The notes: generated by a model not told the origin, from the letters alone. A stretch of DNA of 64,000 nt from Sphingobacteriaceae bacterium (GCA_947479815.1 CANKAT010000002.1:4291-68290), one strand, 5' to 3'. Positions 19,863 to 30,883 are shown, numbered from the stretch's first letter. Translations and numbers: made by a program.

Positions 19863-21773
19863 TTACAATCTTGCGCGCCTTTTTAAATCTGCGATAGGCA
19901 TAGTCAACATCCTTCCAACAGGTAATTTATCTTTATAAGTAATCAACTTTAGTTGCTTCGCATCTATAGGCGCAGTTAATGTACCCATATACTTAGGATA
20001 AAATCTATCTGGGAAAGAATTATCAAAACTGTAATAAATATCTAGTCCTTCTACTTCTAAACTAAGATCAATAGTGAGTTTATTATCGAATGTTTTACCC
20101 ACCTTAACTATTGGATCATAAACGGCTGGAGAATATTTTGTTTCAGAAAAATCAAACCGTTTAAAGTGTTCTTCTACCCTTGAAAAGAATTCAGACCAGT
20201 TCTTCTTATCCTTTGGCGACCAAACCGATTCTGCGATTGCAAATGCTCTGGGCCAAGTCATGTATTCAGCCTGCCGGATTGTATATACCTGTTCGGTCCA
20301 TAAATTAGCCTGCGCCCCTTTAATATACTGCGGATCTACGCCTTCTGGAACAGGTTCAAATTCGTATGACTTATTTAAACGAAGTGAGGCATACACCCTT
20401 GGCTCTGAAATAACATCAGACTGCATATAATCGAGGTAGGCATAAGTAGTAGGGCTCATGACAACTTCGTGTTTATTCAGGGCAGCTTCAATGCCATATT
20501 TCATTCCACGCCAACTCATAACAGCGGTTGTAGGGCTCACCCCTCCTTCTAACACCTCATCCCAGGCCATCATTTTTTTCCCTTTAGATTCTACAATCTT
20601 TTCAACTCTTCTAGTAAAATAACCTTGAACTTCAGTAATATTTTTAATGCCTTCTCGAGCCATCAATGCTTTGATTTGTTCATTTTTTTGCCAGAAATTA
20701 ATCGGAGCCTCATCGCCACCTAGATGAATGTACTCAAATGGAAAAAGTTCTGCCAGTTGAGTAATTACTGTATCCATAAAACTATAAGCGAGTTCATTTG
20801 CGGGGCAAAGTGTATTATCCAATAAAGCTTTTGGTGGCGCCCCTCCAGACCAATCCATGATCTTCTCGCCCGATCTAACCTTATAATTGACGGCATCTGG
20901 AGTACATGACAACTCAGGATATGAAGCAATTGCTGCAAGGCTATGCCCAGGAACATCAACTTCGGGCATTATTTCTATAAATCGATCTTTAGCATAACGC
21001 ACCAATTCCTTGATATCTTCCTGAGTATAAAAACCGCCATAGTTGCGTGGCTCATTTGCTGATGGAGGAATAAAGTCGCCAAATTCACCTTCTCTTTTTA
21101 CATTCCATGCGCCAATTTCGGTTAATTTAGGATACCCTTTTATTTCAATTCGCCAGCCTTCATCATCGGTAAGGTGCAAATGCAATACATTATACTTGTA
21201 CTTTGACATGGCATCGATGTATTGTTTCACTTCATCTTTAGTAAAAAAATGTCTTGCAACATCAAACATTAAACCCCGCCAACCCAGTTTAGGAAAATCT
21301 TGAATTTCAACAATTGGAACTACCCAATTAATATTTTTGACTAGCACCTTGCTTTCAATTTGGCTTGGAAGTAGTTGAAGTAATGTTTGAACGCCATAAA
21401 ATAAGCCAGCAGGTTCATTGGCCTTTATTTTAATGCCTGTATGAGTAACCGAAAGCGTATAGCCCTCTTTTCCCAGTTGACTATCATAACTATCATTCAA
21501 CAACAATTTTAATGTTGCACCATTTGAACTATTTGCAGAACTTACCTGATAACCGGTTGGTAAGGATAATCTTTCACTAAGAATTGAAATGGTTTTAAAA
21601 AGCTCTGGCGAATCGGGTGCATGAATCAAAATTTCTTTTGGAAAGGTGAAATGACCATTTCCTTTCAAAATATGAACCGGTTGAGGTATAATAGAAATAC
21701 TGTTTGTAGGTACCTGACTAGTTGCAGTAAATGAGATTAGAATAAAGAGAAAAAAAAGAATTTGTTTGTTCAT
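19863..21773 (-). CDS. Beta-N-acetylhexosaminidase (GH20), secreted
   Basis: Signal peptide; catalytic HLGGDE block; HLHLTDDEGWR block typical of GH20. Confidence 0.9.
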   Translation of the reverse strand: MNKQILFFLFILISFTATSQVPTNSISIIPQPVHILKGNGHFTFPKEILIHAPDSPELFKTISILSERLSLPTGYQVSSANSSNGATLKLLLNDSYDSQLGKEGYTLSVTHTGIKIKANEPAGLFYGVQTLLQLLPSQIESKVLVKNINWVVPIVEIQDFPKLGWRGLMFDVARHFFTKDEVKQYIDAMSKYKYNVLHLHLTDDEGWRIEIKGYPKLTEIGAWNVKREGEFGDFIPPSANEPRNYGGFYTQEDIKELVRYAKDRFIEIMPEVDVPGHSLAAIASYPELSCTPDAVNYKVRSGEKIMDWSGGAPPKALLDNTLCPANELAYSFMDTVITQLAELFPFEYIHLGGDEAPINFWQKNEQIKALMAREGIKNITEVQGYFTRRVEKIVESKGKKMMAWDEVLEGGVSPTTAVMSWRGMKYGIEAALNKHEVVMSPTTYAYLDYMQSDVISEPRVYASLRLNKSYEFEPVPEGVDPQYIKGAQANLWTEQVYTIRQAEYMTWPRAFAIAESVWSPKDKKNWSEFFSRVEEHFKRFDFSETKYSPAVYDPIVKVGKTFDNKLTIDLSLEVEGLDIYYSFDNSFPDRFYPKYMGTLTAPIDAKQLKLITYKDKLPVGRMLTMPIADLKRRARL

Positions 21774-21944
21774 TAATACTAAATATTTGTTTGCAGGATA
21801 ATACTATTAGCTAATATGTTTCAGAATCTGAAAATTTAAATTCAGATCAGAACATGCAATTTATATAATTAAACAAATATTTATGAGGTAAATGCATACA
21901 GAATATGATTTTAGAGACCATTCAAAAGCTGAAATACTAGTAAA

Positions 21945-21975
21945 TAAAAAAGCAGCTCCCCTAAAGGAAGCTGCT
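21945..21975 (-). terminator. Intrinsic terminator of the PepSY-like lipoprotein gene
   Basis: Stem agcagct/agctgct (21951-21975) followed by a T-run on the minus strand. Confidence 0.7.
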
Positions 21976-21997
21976 TTGAAAATTAAATATTAGCTAC

Positions 21998-22915
21998 TTA
22001 TCTGATTGTAACCGCTTTTACAAATTGTCCGCTAGTATCAAAATGGATAGCGTATTTAGTCAGGTTGGCATCAATTAATACCAGATATCCCTTGATTGCG
22101 CTATTTGTTTTTAATTCAAAAGCTTTCTTGAAAACATAATTAGGATAGGTAGTGCTCAAGTAAGTTGTTGAAACAGCAGGTAATGCAGATGCTTCAATTG
22201 ATCTTCCTTTTGCAGGCGAAGCTGGTAAATCAGTTCGCTTAATGAAACTATTCGTAGCGCTAAATGCAGTCGCAAAATAAGTTACATTTTTACTGATTAC
22301 TACAATACTTTGATCCTTATTCACAAAAGCATGAACTATCGTATCTGCTGAATAAGTAGTAGCCATATAGGTCTTAATCAATGCAGGAATAGCACTTACT
22401 GCAATAGTATCGCGTTGCTTTCCATCTCTATGATCAAAACAACCACCGGCATGCCAACCCTCCTTACCTTTCATATTACGGCCTTCTCTCTGCTCCAGTA
22501 CCTTCACAAATACTCCAGCTGCATCAAACTTCAATGCCACAGGCTTAGCATTAAACTGAATAATCACTACAAAACTCTCAACTGCAGAAGTTGTTTCATT
22601 TGCAATCTTAAATGCCTTTTGAAAAGTATTGCCAGAATAGTTGGCATTAAGGTAAGTTGTAATAGTGGCAGAAAGGGCAGATAATTCAATAGCAGTTTTC
22701 TTATTCCCCTTTTTGCAAGCTTCCATTGCATACAAACTGTCGGATGTATTCCCAAAACCAGAAATTGCGGATGTACTAGCAATAGTTATGGCTTCAAGTT
22801 TTACAAATGCAAGTTCATTGTCTAATGAAATGTTGTCTTTTTTACAAGAGCCTAGGCTCAATAAGGCTAAACTTAATACAAGTAAAGCACTTTTGATTAG
22901 TGGATTTTTCTTCAT
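21998..22915 (-). CDS. Lipoprotein with three PepSY-like (beta-lactamase-inhibitor-like) repeats
   Basis: Lipobox LGSC. Three ~80-aa internal repeats each begin (L/I)(S/P)A(L/V)...TY(L/M)..(N/T)Y and end in a beta-rich segment. Confidence 0.6.
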   Translation of the reverse strand: MKKNPLIKSALLVLSLALLSLGSCKKDNISLDNELAFVKLEAITIASTSAISGFGNTSDSLYAMEACKKGNKKTAIELSALSATITTYLNANYSGNTFQKAFKIANETTSAVESFVVIIQFNAKPVALKFDAAGVFVKVLEQREGRNMKGKEGWHAGGCFDHRDGKQRDTIAVSAIPALIKTYMATTYSADTIVHAFVNKDQSIVVISKNVTYFATAFSATNSFIKRTDLPASPAKGRSIEASALPAVSTTYLSTTYPNYVFKKAFELKTNSAIKGYLVLIDANLTKYAIHFDTSGQFVKAVTIR

Positions 22916-23030
22916 GTTGTTTATTTTTTATTTAAAATTATTTGGCCAAGATGAAGAGAAGATGATTTTTTATATTTTTTTTGAAATCAGCTATTTAATA
23001 CGATTAAAGAGGTAAAATTTTCTTTAAAAC

Positions 23031-23067
23031 AAAAAAGGGTATTGAAATAATCAATACCCTTTTTTTT
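23031..23067 (-). terminator. Intrinsic terminator of slyD (symmetrical A/T flanks)
   Basis: 9-bp stem gggtattga/tcaataccc (23037-23059), 5-nt loop, A-run left and T-run right. Confidence 0.8.
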
Positions 23068-23081
23068 AAAAACATTCTGGT

Positions 23082-23579
23082 TTAATGTGATTCATGACCA
23101 TCAGCACCATGAGCATGACCATGAGCAAGTTCATCATCAGTTGCCGGGCGAACTGAAATAATTTTTCCAATAAAATGCAGATCCTGACCAGCCATAGGAT
23201 GATTTAAATCTACAATTACAGCAGATTCTGTTATTTCTTTCACTCTTGCACTAAATTGATGACCCTGATCATCCTGCAAAGGCAAAATAGAACCGATCTC
23301 TGGAATTTCCATATCACCAAACATCTCTTTAGGAAGATCAGTAATTCTAGTTTCATCTTTCACCCCATATGCATCCTCTGCCTTAAGATGAAAATCATAG
23401 GCATCACCAATGTTCAAACCAGCCAAATTTTCTTCAAATTTTGGAAGCATCATTCCAACTCCAAATAAAAAAACTAATGGATTTTGTTCATCTGCTTTTT
23501 CTACAAATACTTCTTGATCATTTTCTTTCGTGTAAAGATCGTACGTTAGCGCTACAACGCTGTTTAATTGAATTGTCAT
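23082..23579 (-). CDS. slyD: FKBP-type peptidyl-prolyl isomerase SlyD
   Basis: 165 aa; FKBP core with an insert-in-flap region and a His-rich tail HGHAHGADGHESH. Confidence 0.9.
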   Translation of the reverse strand: MTIQLNSVVALTYDLYTKENDQEVFVEKADEQNPLVFLFGVGMMLPKFEENLAGLNIGDAYDFHLKAEDAYGVKDETRITDLPKEMFGDMEIPEIGSILPLQDDQGHQFSARVKEITESAVIVDLNHPMAGQDLHFIGKIISVRPATDDELAHGHAHGADGHESH

Positions 23580-23605
23580 TTTTAAAAAATTAAGTAATTG
23601 ACAGG

Positions 23606-25654
23606 CTAGGATTCTTTTTCACTAGCTCCCGGCGTTGTACTTGGGTTATCGATTTGTTTAATTGCGTCAATCACCTCAATTACAGGTAATAAACATGTTT
23701 TGTTTTGGCACACATAGATTTTTGTTTCTGAGGCCCATTTATCTTTAAGCAAAGGTAATGTTCCTGAAGAACCTCCCAAAAGTATTTTGTTAGGAATATA
23801 ATATTTTTCTAATTCTATTCTTTTTTCTTCAGCAGCAATTCCAGTTATAGCAATTTCATATACTCCAAAAACATGGTATAATAATAAGGATGCCCAGTTA
23901 GAATAACCAGATCCATAGGTTTTGATTTGAGGGTGTACATTTCGCAACATCTGTCTTGAAATAGTTAAATACTCCTTTTGATCATAAAAATGGCCCATTT
24001 TAAACAGGTTATGAGCCATCATTGAATTAGAAGATGGTATTACATTGTCAATTATTTCCTGTTTTCTAGCAATTAACTGCTCACCTGACCTCGCGGTATA
24101 AAAGAACATGCCACTTTTTTCATCATAAAATTCTGAAATCGCATATTCGGTAAGCTGTTTTGCAATTTGAAGATACGATTCATCAAAACATGCTTCATAA
24201 AGGCCGATCAAGCCATCAATAACAAATGCATAATCATCAAGAAAGGCTACTGAATCATCTTTTTGATCCATATTTGCATTATAAACTCGTGTCAGTTCAT
24301 TCGAATTGATTAGCTTTTTACAAATAAAATCAGCACTTGCTTTTGCAATTGCAAGAAATTTAGAATCGCCAAAAACTCGGTAAGCATCTGAGTAAGCTTT
24401 CAACATCATCCCATTCCAGGATGCAAGAATTTTATTATCCAAACCAGGGCGGATACGCGAAGAACGAGCATGAAGGAGCTTAGACTTAGCGAGAGTAATC
24501 TTGCTTTCTAATTCAGCAACTGAAATACCTAATTGCAGTGCTAAGTCGGCATTTTCAAATTTCCGGTTAAAAACATTAGTGCCCTCTTCAACCCAATTTC
24601 CTTCATCGGTTACTTGGTAGAAAATACTGAACAGCGCTTCGTCATCTCCTAAAATTGTTTTTATTTCATCCTTCGTAAAAGAATAAAATTTACCTTCTAC
24701 ACCTTCACTATCGGCATCAATGGCAGAATAAAAACCACCATTTGCAGCGGTCATTTCTCTTTCAATAAATTCTAAACATTCAAAAACAACATGCTTATAA
24801 ATTGGGTCAGGCGTATATTGAAATGCTTCAGCATAAAGCGATACGAGTTGAGCATTGTCGTACAACATTTTCTCAAAATGAGGAATATGCCATCTTCCAT
24901 CAACTGAATACCGAGCAAAACCACCCCCTATCTGATCATAAATTCCGCCAAATGCCATTTTTTGTAAGGTAACACGACTAGCGGTATGTGCCACATCATC
25001 ATCCATTAAATGTGCATAGCGTAGCATAAATTGCCAGTTGTTGGGGAGCGGGAATTTGGGGATACGATTATATCCGCCTTCTACCAGGTCAAAAGAACGC
25101 TTCCATGTATCAAAAATAGCTAGAACATCTGCTTTAGAATATTCAACTTCTTCTGCGATTTTGACAAGAAGTTCACTCGTATTAATTCCTTCAGTTAGCC
25201 TTACAGCATAAGCAACTGCTTCATCAGGTTTTTTTTGCCAATAGTCGGCTAGATTTCTCAATAAACTTTTCCAATCTTCCTTTTTGAAATAGGTGCCTCC
25301 GTAAATTGGACGCTGATCAGGTAAACAAAAACAATTCAATGGCCAGCCACCACTGCCAGTCATTAATTGAACCGCATCCATATAAATCTGATCAATATCG
25401 GGGCGAACCTCACGATCTATCTTAATACAAACAAAAAAACTGTTCATAATATCGGCCACGTCTTGGTCTTCAAAGCTTTCATGCTCCATAACATGACACC
25501 AGTGACAAGCAGAATACCCGATACTCACTAAAATAAGCTTATTTTCATTTTTAGCTTTTGATAAAGCTTCTTCACCCCATGGAAACCAATCAACAGGATT
25601 GTTCGCATGTTGCAGAAGATAGGGGGATGTCTGATTTTTTAATCTATTTGACAT
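23606..25654 (-). CDS. Thioredoxin-domain protein (DUF255 / YyaL-like)
   Basis: N-terminal DUF255 block with [11 protein letters not shown], followed by a long alpha/alpha-toroid-like region. 682 aa. Confidence 0.85.
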   Translation of the reverse strand: MSNRLKNQTSPYLLQHANNPVDWFPWGEEALSKAKNENKLILVSIGYSACHWCHVMEHESFEDQDVADIMNSFFVCIKIDREVRPDIDQIYMDAVQLMTGSGGWPLNCFCLPDQRPIYGGTYFKKEDWKSLLRNLADYWQKKPDEAVAYAVRLTEGINTSELLVKIAEEVEYSKADVLAIFDTWKRSFDLVEGGYNRIPKFPLPNNWQFMLRYAHLMDDDVAHTASRVTLQKMAFGGIYDQIGGGFARYSVDGRWHIPHFEKMLYDNAQLVSLYAEAFQYTPDPIYKHVVFECLEFIEREMTAANGGFYSAIDADSEGVEGKFYSFTKDEIKTILGDDEALFSIFYQVTDEGNWVEEGTNVFNRKFENADLALQLGISVAELESKITLAKSKLLHARSSRIRPGLDNKILASWNGMMLKAYSDAYRVFGDSKFLAIAKASADFICKKLINSNELTRVYNANMDQKDDSVAFLDDYAFVIDGLIGLYEACFDESYLQIAKQLTEYAISEFYDEKSGMFFYTARSGEQLIARKQEIIDNVIPSSNSMMAHNLFKMGHFYDQKEYLTISRQMLRNVHPQIKTYGSGYSNWASLLLYHVFGVYEIAITGIAAEEKRIELEKYYIPNKILLGGSSGTLPLLKDKWASETKIYVCQNKTCLLPVIEVIDAIKQIDNPSTTPGASEKES

Positions 25655-25786
25655 TTAATTCTATTTAAATGCAAAAATAATCATTTACCCTTTCCTATTG
25701 GGCACAATACTTCATGTGTATTGTTATTTGTGCCTTGGTTTATAGAATTAATTTCCCTGATCAGACATAAAGTACTAAATTTCGCT

Positions 25787-26884
25787 ATGAAAATTACCCA
25801 CATAGATATATACAGATTTAGTATTCCGATGGAGCCTTTTGTAATTGCAACTGGAACAATGGATTGTGCTCAGAATGTATTCATTCGTGTTCATACCGAT
25901 ACTAATCTTTATGGCGTTGGAGAATGTTCTGCCTTTCCAATGATTGTTGGCGAAACTCAGGAAACTTGTCTGGCTATGGCCAAAGATTTTGCAAGAATTT
26001 GGAAAGGGAAAGATGCCCATGATATTCCTGCTCGCCTTCAAGATCTCCATAATTACGCAGCATACAACCCCACTATCAAAAGTGCATTTGATATGGCACT
26101 CTATGACCTTGCAGCAAAAAATCAGGATCAACCACTTTATAAATATCTGGGCGGATTAAAGAAACCTATTGAGACAGACATGACCATAGGAATTGGCAGC
26201 GCAGATGAAATGGCTTTGCTAGCTATTAAATATAAACAGCAAGGAGTAAGCATTTTAAAGATAAAACTTGGCAAGAAACCTGCAACAGATATAGAAAGAA
26301 TACGAAAAATACGAGAGGCTGTAGGTAGTGCCATGGTCATACGCATTGATGCCAATCAAGGTTGGACATTTGATGAAGCAAGCTATTGTTTAAATGAGTT
26401 GAGCAAGTTTGACATCGAATTTTGTGAACAACCCATGCGTACCTATTATGATGATTATCTGCCTGAATTAAGAAAAAAGACCTCGATCAAGATCATGGTA
26501 GATGAAAGTTGTTACAATCATCATGATGCAAGAAAGCTAATAAACTCCAATTCCTGCGACCTGATTAATATTAAGTTTGCCAAGTCGAGTGGCATACATG
26601 AGAGTTTAGAAATTTATAAAATTGCAACTGATTCTGGAGTTCCCTGTATGATTGGAGGCATGCTTGAAAGCAGGATTGCGCTTAGTGCAAATTTACATTT
26701 TGCATATGCATGTCCAACAATTAAATATTATGATATGGACACTTGTATGCTTGGTCATTTAGTAGATCCGGTTGTGGGTGGAGTAACTTACAACGGATTT
26801 TTTCTTGACATTCCTGATACTCCTGGATTAGGAGCTGATGCAGATGAGGTTTTTTTAAAAACCTGCGAAATGTGGAGAATTTAA
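25787..26884 (+). CDS. Dipeptide epimerase (enolase superfamily, MLE subgroup)
   Basis: KxK (LKIKLGK), metal ligands in RIDANQGW, FCEQP and MVDES, second base in INIKFAKSSG. The track start 25721 is TTG; the ATG at 25787 (MKITHIDIYRF) is preferred. Confidence 0.85.
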   Translation: MKITHIDIYRFSIPMEPFVIATGTMDCAQNVFIRVHTDTNLYGVGECSAFPMIVGETQETCLAMAKDFARIWKGKDAHDIPARLQDLHNYAAYNPTIKSAFDMALYDLAAKNQDQPLYKYLGGLKKPIETDMTIGIGSADEMALLAIKYKQQGVSILKIKLGKKPATDIERIRKIREAVGSAMVIRIDANQGWTFDEASYCLNELSKFDIEFCEQPMRTYYDDYLPELRKKTSIKIMVDESCYNHHDARKLINSNSCDLINIKFAKSSGIHESLEIYKIATDSGVPCMIGGMLESRIALSANLHFAYACPTIKYYDMDTCMLGHLVDPVVGGVTYNGFFLDIPDTPGLGADADEVFLKTCEMWRI

Positions 26885-26889
26885 TAATT

Positions 26890-26928
26890 AATATCTCATT
26901 CCGGCCAGAATTTCCAGAATGAGATATT
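26890..26928. terminator. Shared hairpin between convergent epimerase and M20 genes
   Basis: 12-bp perfect stem aatatctcattc/gaatgagatatt with a 15-nt loop. AT-rich flanks but no clean T-run. Confidence 0.6.
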
Positions 26929-26939
26929 AAGGTTCAGTA

Positions 26940-28310
26940 TTATTTGCTTAACTCAGCAAAGTATTTGTGGAAAAGAGGAATAGTTTCTATCCCCTTATAA
27001 AAATTAGCAATATCAAATTTTTCATTCGGTGAATGAAGATTATCACTATCCAAACCAAAACCCATTAAAACAGTTTTTATACCTAACTCCTTTTCGAATA
27101 AAGCTACAATTGGTATACTGCCACCACCTCGGGTTGGTATGGGTTCTTTTCCGAATGATTCTAAAATTGCTTTTTGTGCGGCTTTGTATGCGATACTATC
27201 GGTTGGCGTGACAACAGGTTCTCCGCCATGATGAGGGGTAACCTTCACTTTTACACTTTTTGGAGCAATACCTTCGAAGTGGTCCTTAAACAATTTAGTA
27301 ATCTTATCTGATTGCTGATTAGGAACAAGTCGCATCGAAATTTTAGCGTATGCTTTTGAGGGTAAAACCGTTTTAGCACCTTCACCGATATAGCCTCCCC
27401 ATATTCCATTTACTTCAAGAGTTGGGCGCGTACCCGTACGTTCTAATGTTGTATACCCTTTTTCACCCCATAACTCATCAACTTTAAGGTCAATTTTGTA
27501 CTCATTTTCATTGTATGGGGCTTTATTTAGCATTTCACGTTCTGTAGCACTCAGTTCTATCACATCATCATAAAAACCAGGAATTGTGATGTGATTGTTT
27601 TCATCATGCATGGATGCGATAAGCTTTGCAAGAATAGTTGCTGGATTTGCAACAGCACCACCATAAACCCCAGAGTGCAGGTCGCGATCTGGCCCGGAAA
27701 CTTCAACCTCAACATAAGAGAGTCCACGTAAACCAGTTTCAAGTGAAGGATGTTCCAGACTGATCATGGAGGTGTCCGATATTAATACAACATCTGCTTT
27801 TAACCGTTCTTTATTATTATTAACAAAAATTCCAAGATTACTTGAGCCAACTTCTTCTTCACCTTCAATCATGAATTTTATATTACAAGGAAGCGTATTT
27901 GTACGCATCATAAGCTCAAAAGCCTTTACGTGCATGTAGAATTGACCCTTATCATCGCAGGCACCCCGAGCATAAATCTTTTGATCTCGTATTGTTGGTT
28001 CAAATGGCGGGGTTTTCCATAATTCAAGAGGGTCTGGCGGCTGAACATCATAATGCCCATAAACCAAAACCGTTGGTAGTGAACCATCCAGAATTTTCTG
28101 GCCATAAACTATCGGATATCCCGCTGTAGGACAAATTTCTACCAAATCTGCTCCAGCAATCTTTAGCTTTTCTGCGACAAACTCAGCAGTTTTGAGCATT
28201 TCATCCTTAAATTTTTGATCTGCACTGATAGATGGAAATCTAAGCAGCTCGAAAAGTTCATCTAAGAAGCGTTGCTTATTATCATTAACATACTTTCTTA
28301 TGTCTTGCAT
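26940..28310 (-). CDS. M20-family dipeptidase
   Basis: Metal-binding blocks GHYDVQP, GACDDKG and EGEEEVGS. 456 aa. Confidence 0.9.
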   Translation of the reverse strand: MQDIRKYVNDNKQRFLDELFELLRFPSISADQKFKDEMLKTAEFVAEKLKIAGADLVEICPTAGYPIVYGQKILDGSLPTVLVYGHYDVQPPDPLELWKTPPFEPTIRDQKIYARGACDDKGQFYMHVKAFELMMRTNTLPCNIKFMIEGEEEVGSSNLGIFVNNNKERLKADVVLISDTSMISLEHPSLETGLRGLSYVEVEVSGPDRDLHSGVYGGAVANPATILAKLIASMHDENNHITIPGFYDDVIELSATEREMLNKAPYNENEYKIDLKVDELWGEKGYTTLERTGTRPTLEVNGIWGGYIGEGAKTVLPSKAYAKISMRLVPNQQSDKITKLFKDHFEGIAPKSVKVKVTPHHGGEPVVTPTDSIAYKAAQKAILESFGKEPIPTRGGGSIPIVALFEKELGIKTVLMGFGLDSDNLHSPNEKFDIANFYKGIETIPLFHKYFAELSK

Positions 28311-28612
28311 ATCATTGGTTTTGCTACAAAGATATAAATCTAATTCTAGCCAAAAACGGGTAAAAAAAAAATTAGCAAGAAAATAATCATTCCAATAACC
28401 AAACGGATATGGCTTAACTATTAATAATGAAAGCTTTTTGAGCAGGTTTATCTTTTCAATCCTTCACAATTAATCATATAATTTCAATCAAACAGTTGTT
28501 CATCTCATTTTTTATTAAATTCAAGTTCAATGGTGGAGAAATTCTCCATAGACCTAAACCTCTAATCTCAAATCTCTTTAGTAATTTAGCAGAAAAAAAA
28601 CAGGCATAAATT

Positions 28613-30883
28613 TTGGATTATTTAGATGGATTGAATCCTTCCCAAAGGGCGGCAGTTGAGCAGACCGAAGGTGCAGTAATGATAGTGGCTGGTGCAGGAT
28701 CAGGTAAAACACGGGTAATTACCTATCGCGTAGCACACTTGATCAGAAAAGATGTAGACCCCTTTAATATTCTGGTACTTACTTTTACCAATAAAGCTGC
28801 AAAAGAAATGCGGGAACGCATTATGAAAGTAGTTGGGAACGAGGCCAAAAACATCTGGATGGGAACCTTTCATTCGGTTTTTGCAAAGCTTCTTAGAGTA
28901 GAATCAACAAAGATTGGTTATCCAAGTAATTTTACAATTTATGATACTGATGATAGCAAAAGTTTGATAAGATCAATCATCAAAGAAAAGCAACTTGATG
29001 AAAAACTCTATAATGTCAATTTTGTTTACAATCGCATTTCATCATCTAAGAATAATCTCGTTTCTCCAGCAGCTTATTTACAAAACGCTCAAATTCAGGC
29101 TGAAGATTTTTCAACCGGACGGGGAAGCATCGGTGAACTATACCAAATATACGCTCAACGATGTTTTAAGTCTGGAGCAATGGACTTCGATGACCTTCTA
29201 TACAAAACCAATGTACTTTTAAGAGAACACCCTGAGGTTTTATATAAATACCAGAATAAATTCAAGTATTTAATGGTAGATGAGTACCAGGATACCAATT
29301 ATTCACAATACCTCATCGTAAAAAAACTTGCCGCAAACAATGAAAATATTTGTGTGGTTGGTGATGATGCACAAAGTATATATGCGTTTAGAGGAGCGAA
29401 TATTCAAAACATACTCAACTTTGAAAAAGATTACCCAGATCTGAAAGTATATAAATTAGAACAGAATTATCGGTCTACACAAAATATTGTCAACGTAGCC
29501 AATAGCATTATTGCAAACAATAAAAATCAACTTAAAAAGTCTGTCTTTTCTGAAAATGAAACAGGCGATAAAATAAAAGTATGCAGAGCCTTCAGCGATA
29601 ATGAGGAGGGCAAGATAGTTGCTGAAGCAATTGCCCAGGAGCATGCTCTAAAAGGTTGCCAATACCATGATTTTGCTATCCTTTATCGTACAAACGCTCA
29701 GTCAAGAGCAATGGAAGAAGCCCTTAGAAAGTTAAATGTTCCATACAAAATTTATGGTGGTCTGTCATTTTATCAACGTAAAGAAATCAAAGACCTGATT
29801 GCTTACTTCAGACTGACATTCAACCCTAACGACGAAGAAGCAATAAAAAGAATAATTAATTACCCTCGCCGTGGTATTGGAGATACAACCATTGAGCGAA
29901 TTATGGTTGCGGCTGATCAAAACAATATGACCTTATGGGAAATTATTTGCGATGCTCCGAAGTATCTTGACTCCCGAAGCTCTGGCGCAGTTGCAACTTT
30001 CGCATTACTTATTCAAAGTTTTCAGGTAATGACAAAAACTCATTCTGCATATGATACAGCCTTACATATTGCACAGCATTCTACCCTACTTAAAGATCTG
30101 TATTCAGATAAATCAGTTGAAGGCTTAAGCAGGTATGAAAATATTCAGGAATTACTAAATGGTATCAAAGAATTCAGTGAACGTGAAGATATTGAAGAAA
30201 GAGGCCTTGATATTTTTATGCAGGATATCGCTCTTCTGACCAATGACGACAATGATAAAAATCCGGATGCCGATACGGTATCATTAATGACCATTCATTC
30301 AGCAAAAGGATTAGAGTTTGACAATGTTTTTGTTGTAGGATTGGAAGAGAATTTATTCCCATCCCAAATGTCTTTAAGTTCAAGGACAGATCTTGAGGAA
30401 GAACGTAGGTTATTTTATGTTGGAATAACGCGTGCTGGTAAAAGACTTACTCTTTCATATGCAACATCGCGTTACCGTTGGGGTACTTTAACCAGCTGTG
30501 AACCTAGCCGGTTTATTGAAGAAATTGATGCCCGCTACCTTGAACTTGACTTTAAACAAGCTCAGAAAAAATCAGATAACCCATTCTTGGATGAAGATCG
30601 ATCAGCCTGGCAACAAAAGGAAATGTTTAGCAAACCTAAACCGCATTCTTCAGTAAAAACAAGTTCAATTTTACCGAAAGCCCATGTACCTAGTGCAGGC
30701 TTCAGCCCTTCTGACACATCGGGATTACAAGTGGGAATGGAAGTAGAACATGAACGATTTGGTTTTGGAAAAGTTATACAAATGGAAGGCAACAAACCAG
30801 ACCTAAAAGCAGTAATATTCTTTAAAGATTTAGGACAGAAGCAATTATTATTAAAATTTGCTAAATTGAAAATTATAAAATAA
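28613..30883 (+). CDS. UvrD/PcrA/Rep-family DNA helicase (TTG start)
   Basis: LNPSQRAAV, Walker A AGAGSGKT, DEYQDT and VGDDAQSIYAFRGA motifs; Tudor-like C-terminal domain. An in-frame TAA at 28607-28609 forces a non-ATG start. Confidence 0.93.
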   Translation: MDYLDGLNPSQRAAVEQTEGAVMIVAGAGSGKTRVITYRVAHLIRKDVDPFNILVLTFTNKAAKEMRERIMKVVGNEAKNIWMGTFHSVFAKLLRVESTKIGYPSNFTIYDTDDSKSLIRSIIKEKQLDEKLYNVNFVYNRISSSKNNLVSPAAYLQNAQIQAEDFSTGRGSIGELYQIYAQRCFKSGAMDFDDLLYKTNVLLREHPEVLYKYQNKFKYLMVDEYQDTNYSQYLIVKKLAANNENICVVGDDAQSIYAFRGANIQNILNFEKDYPDLKVYKLEQNYRSTQNIVNVANSIIANNKNQLKKSVFSENETGDKIKVCRAFSDNEEGKIVAEAIAQEHALKGCQYHDFAILYRTNAQSRAMEEALRKLNVPYKIYGGLSFYQRKEIKDLIAYFRLTFNPNDEEAIKRIINYPRRGIGDTTIERIMVAADQNNMTLWEIICDAPKYLDSRSSGAVATFALLIQSFQVMTKTHSAYDTALHIAQHSTLLKDLYSDKSVEGLSRYENIQELLNGIKEFSEREDIEERGLDIFMQDIALLTNDDNDKNPDADTVSLMTIHSAKGLEFDNVFVVGLEENLFPSQMSLSSRTDLEEERRLFYVGITRAGKRLTLSYATSRYRWGTLTSCEPSRFIEEIDARYLELDFKQAQKKSDNPFLDEDRSAWQQKEMFSKPKPHSSVKTSSILPKAHVPSAGFSPSDTSGLQVGMEVEHERFGFGKVIQMEGNKPDLKAVIFFKDLGQKQLLLKFAKLKIIK

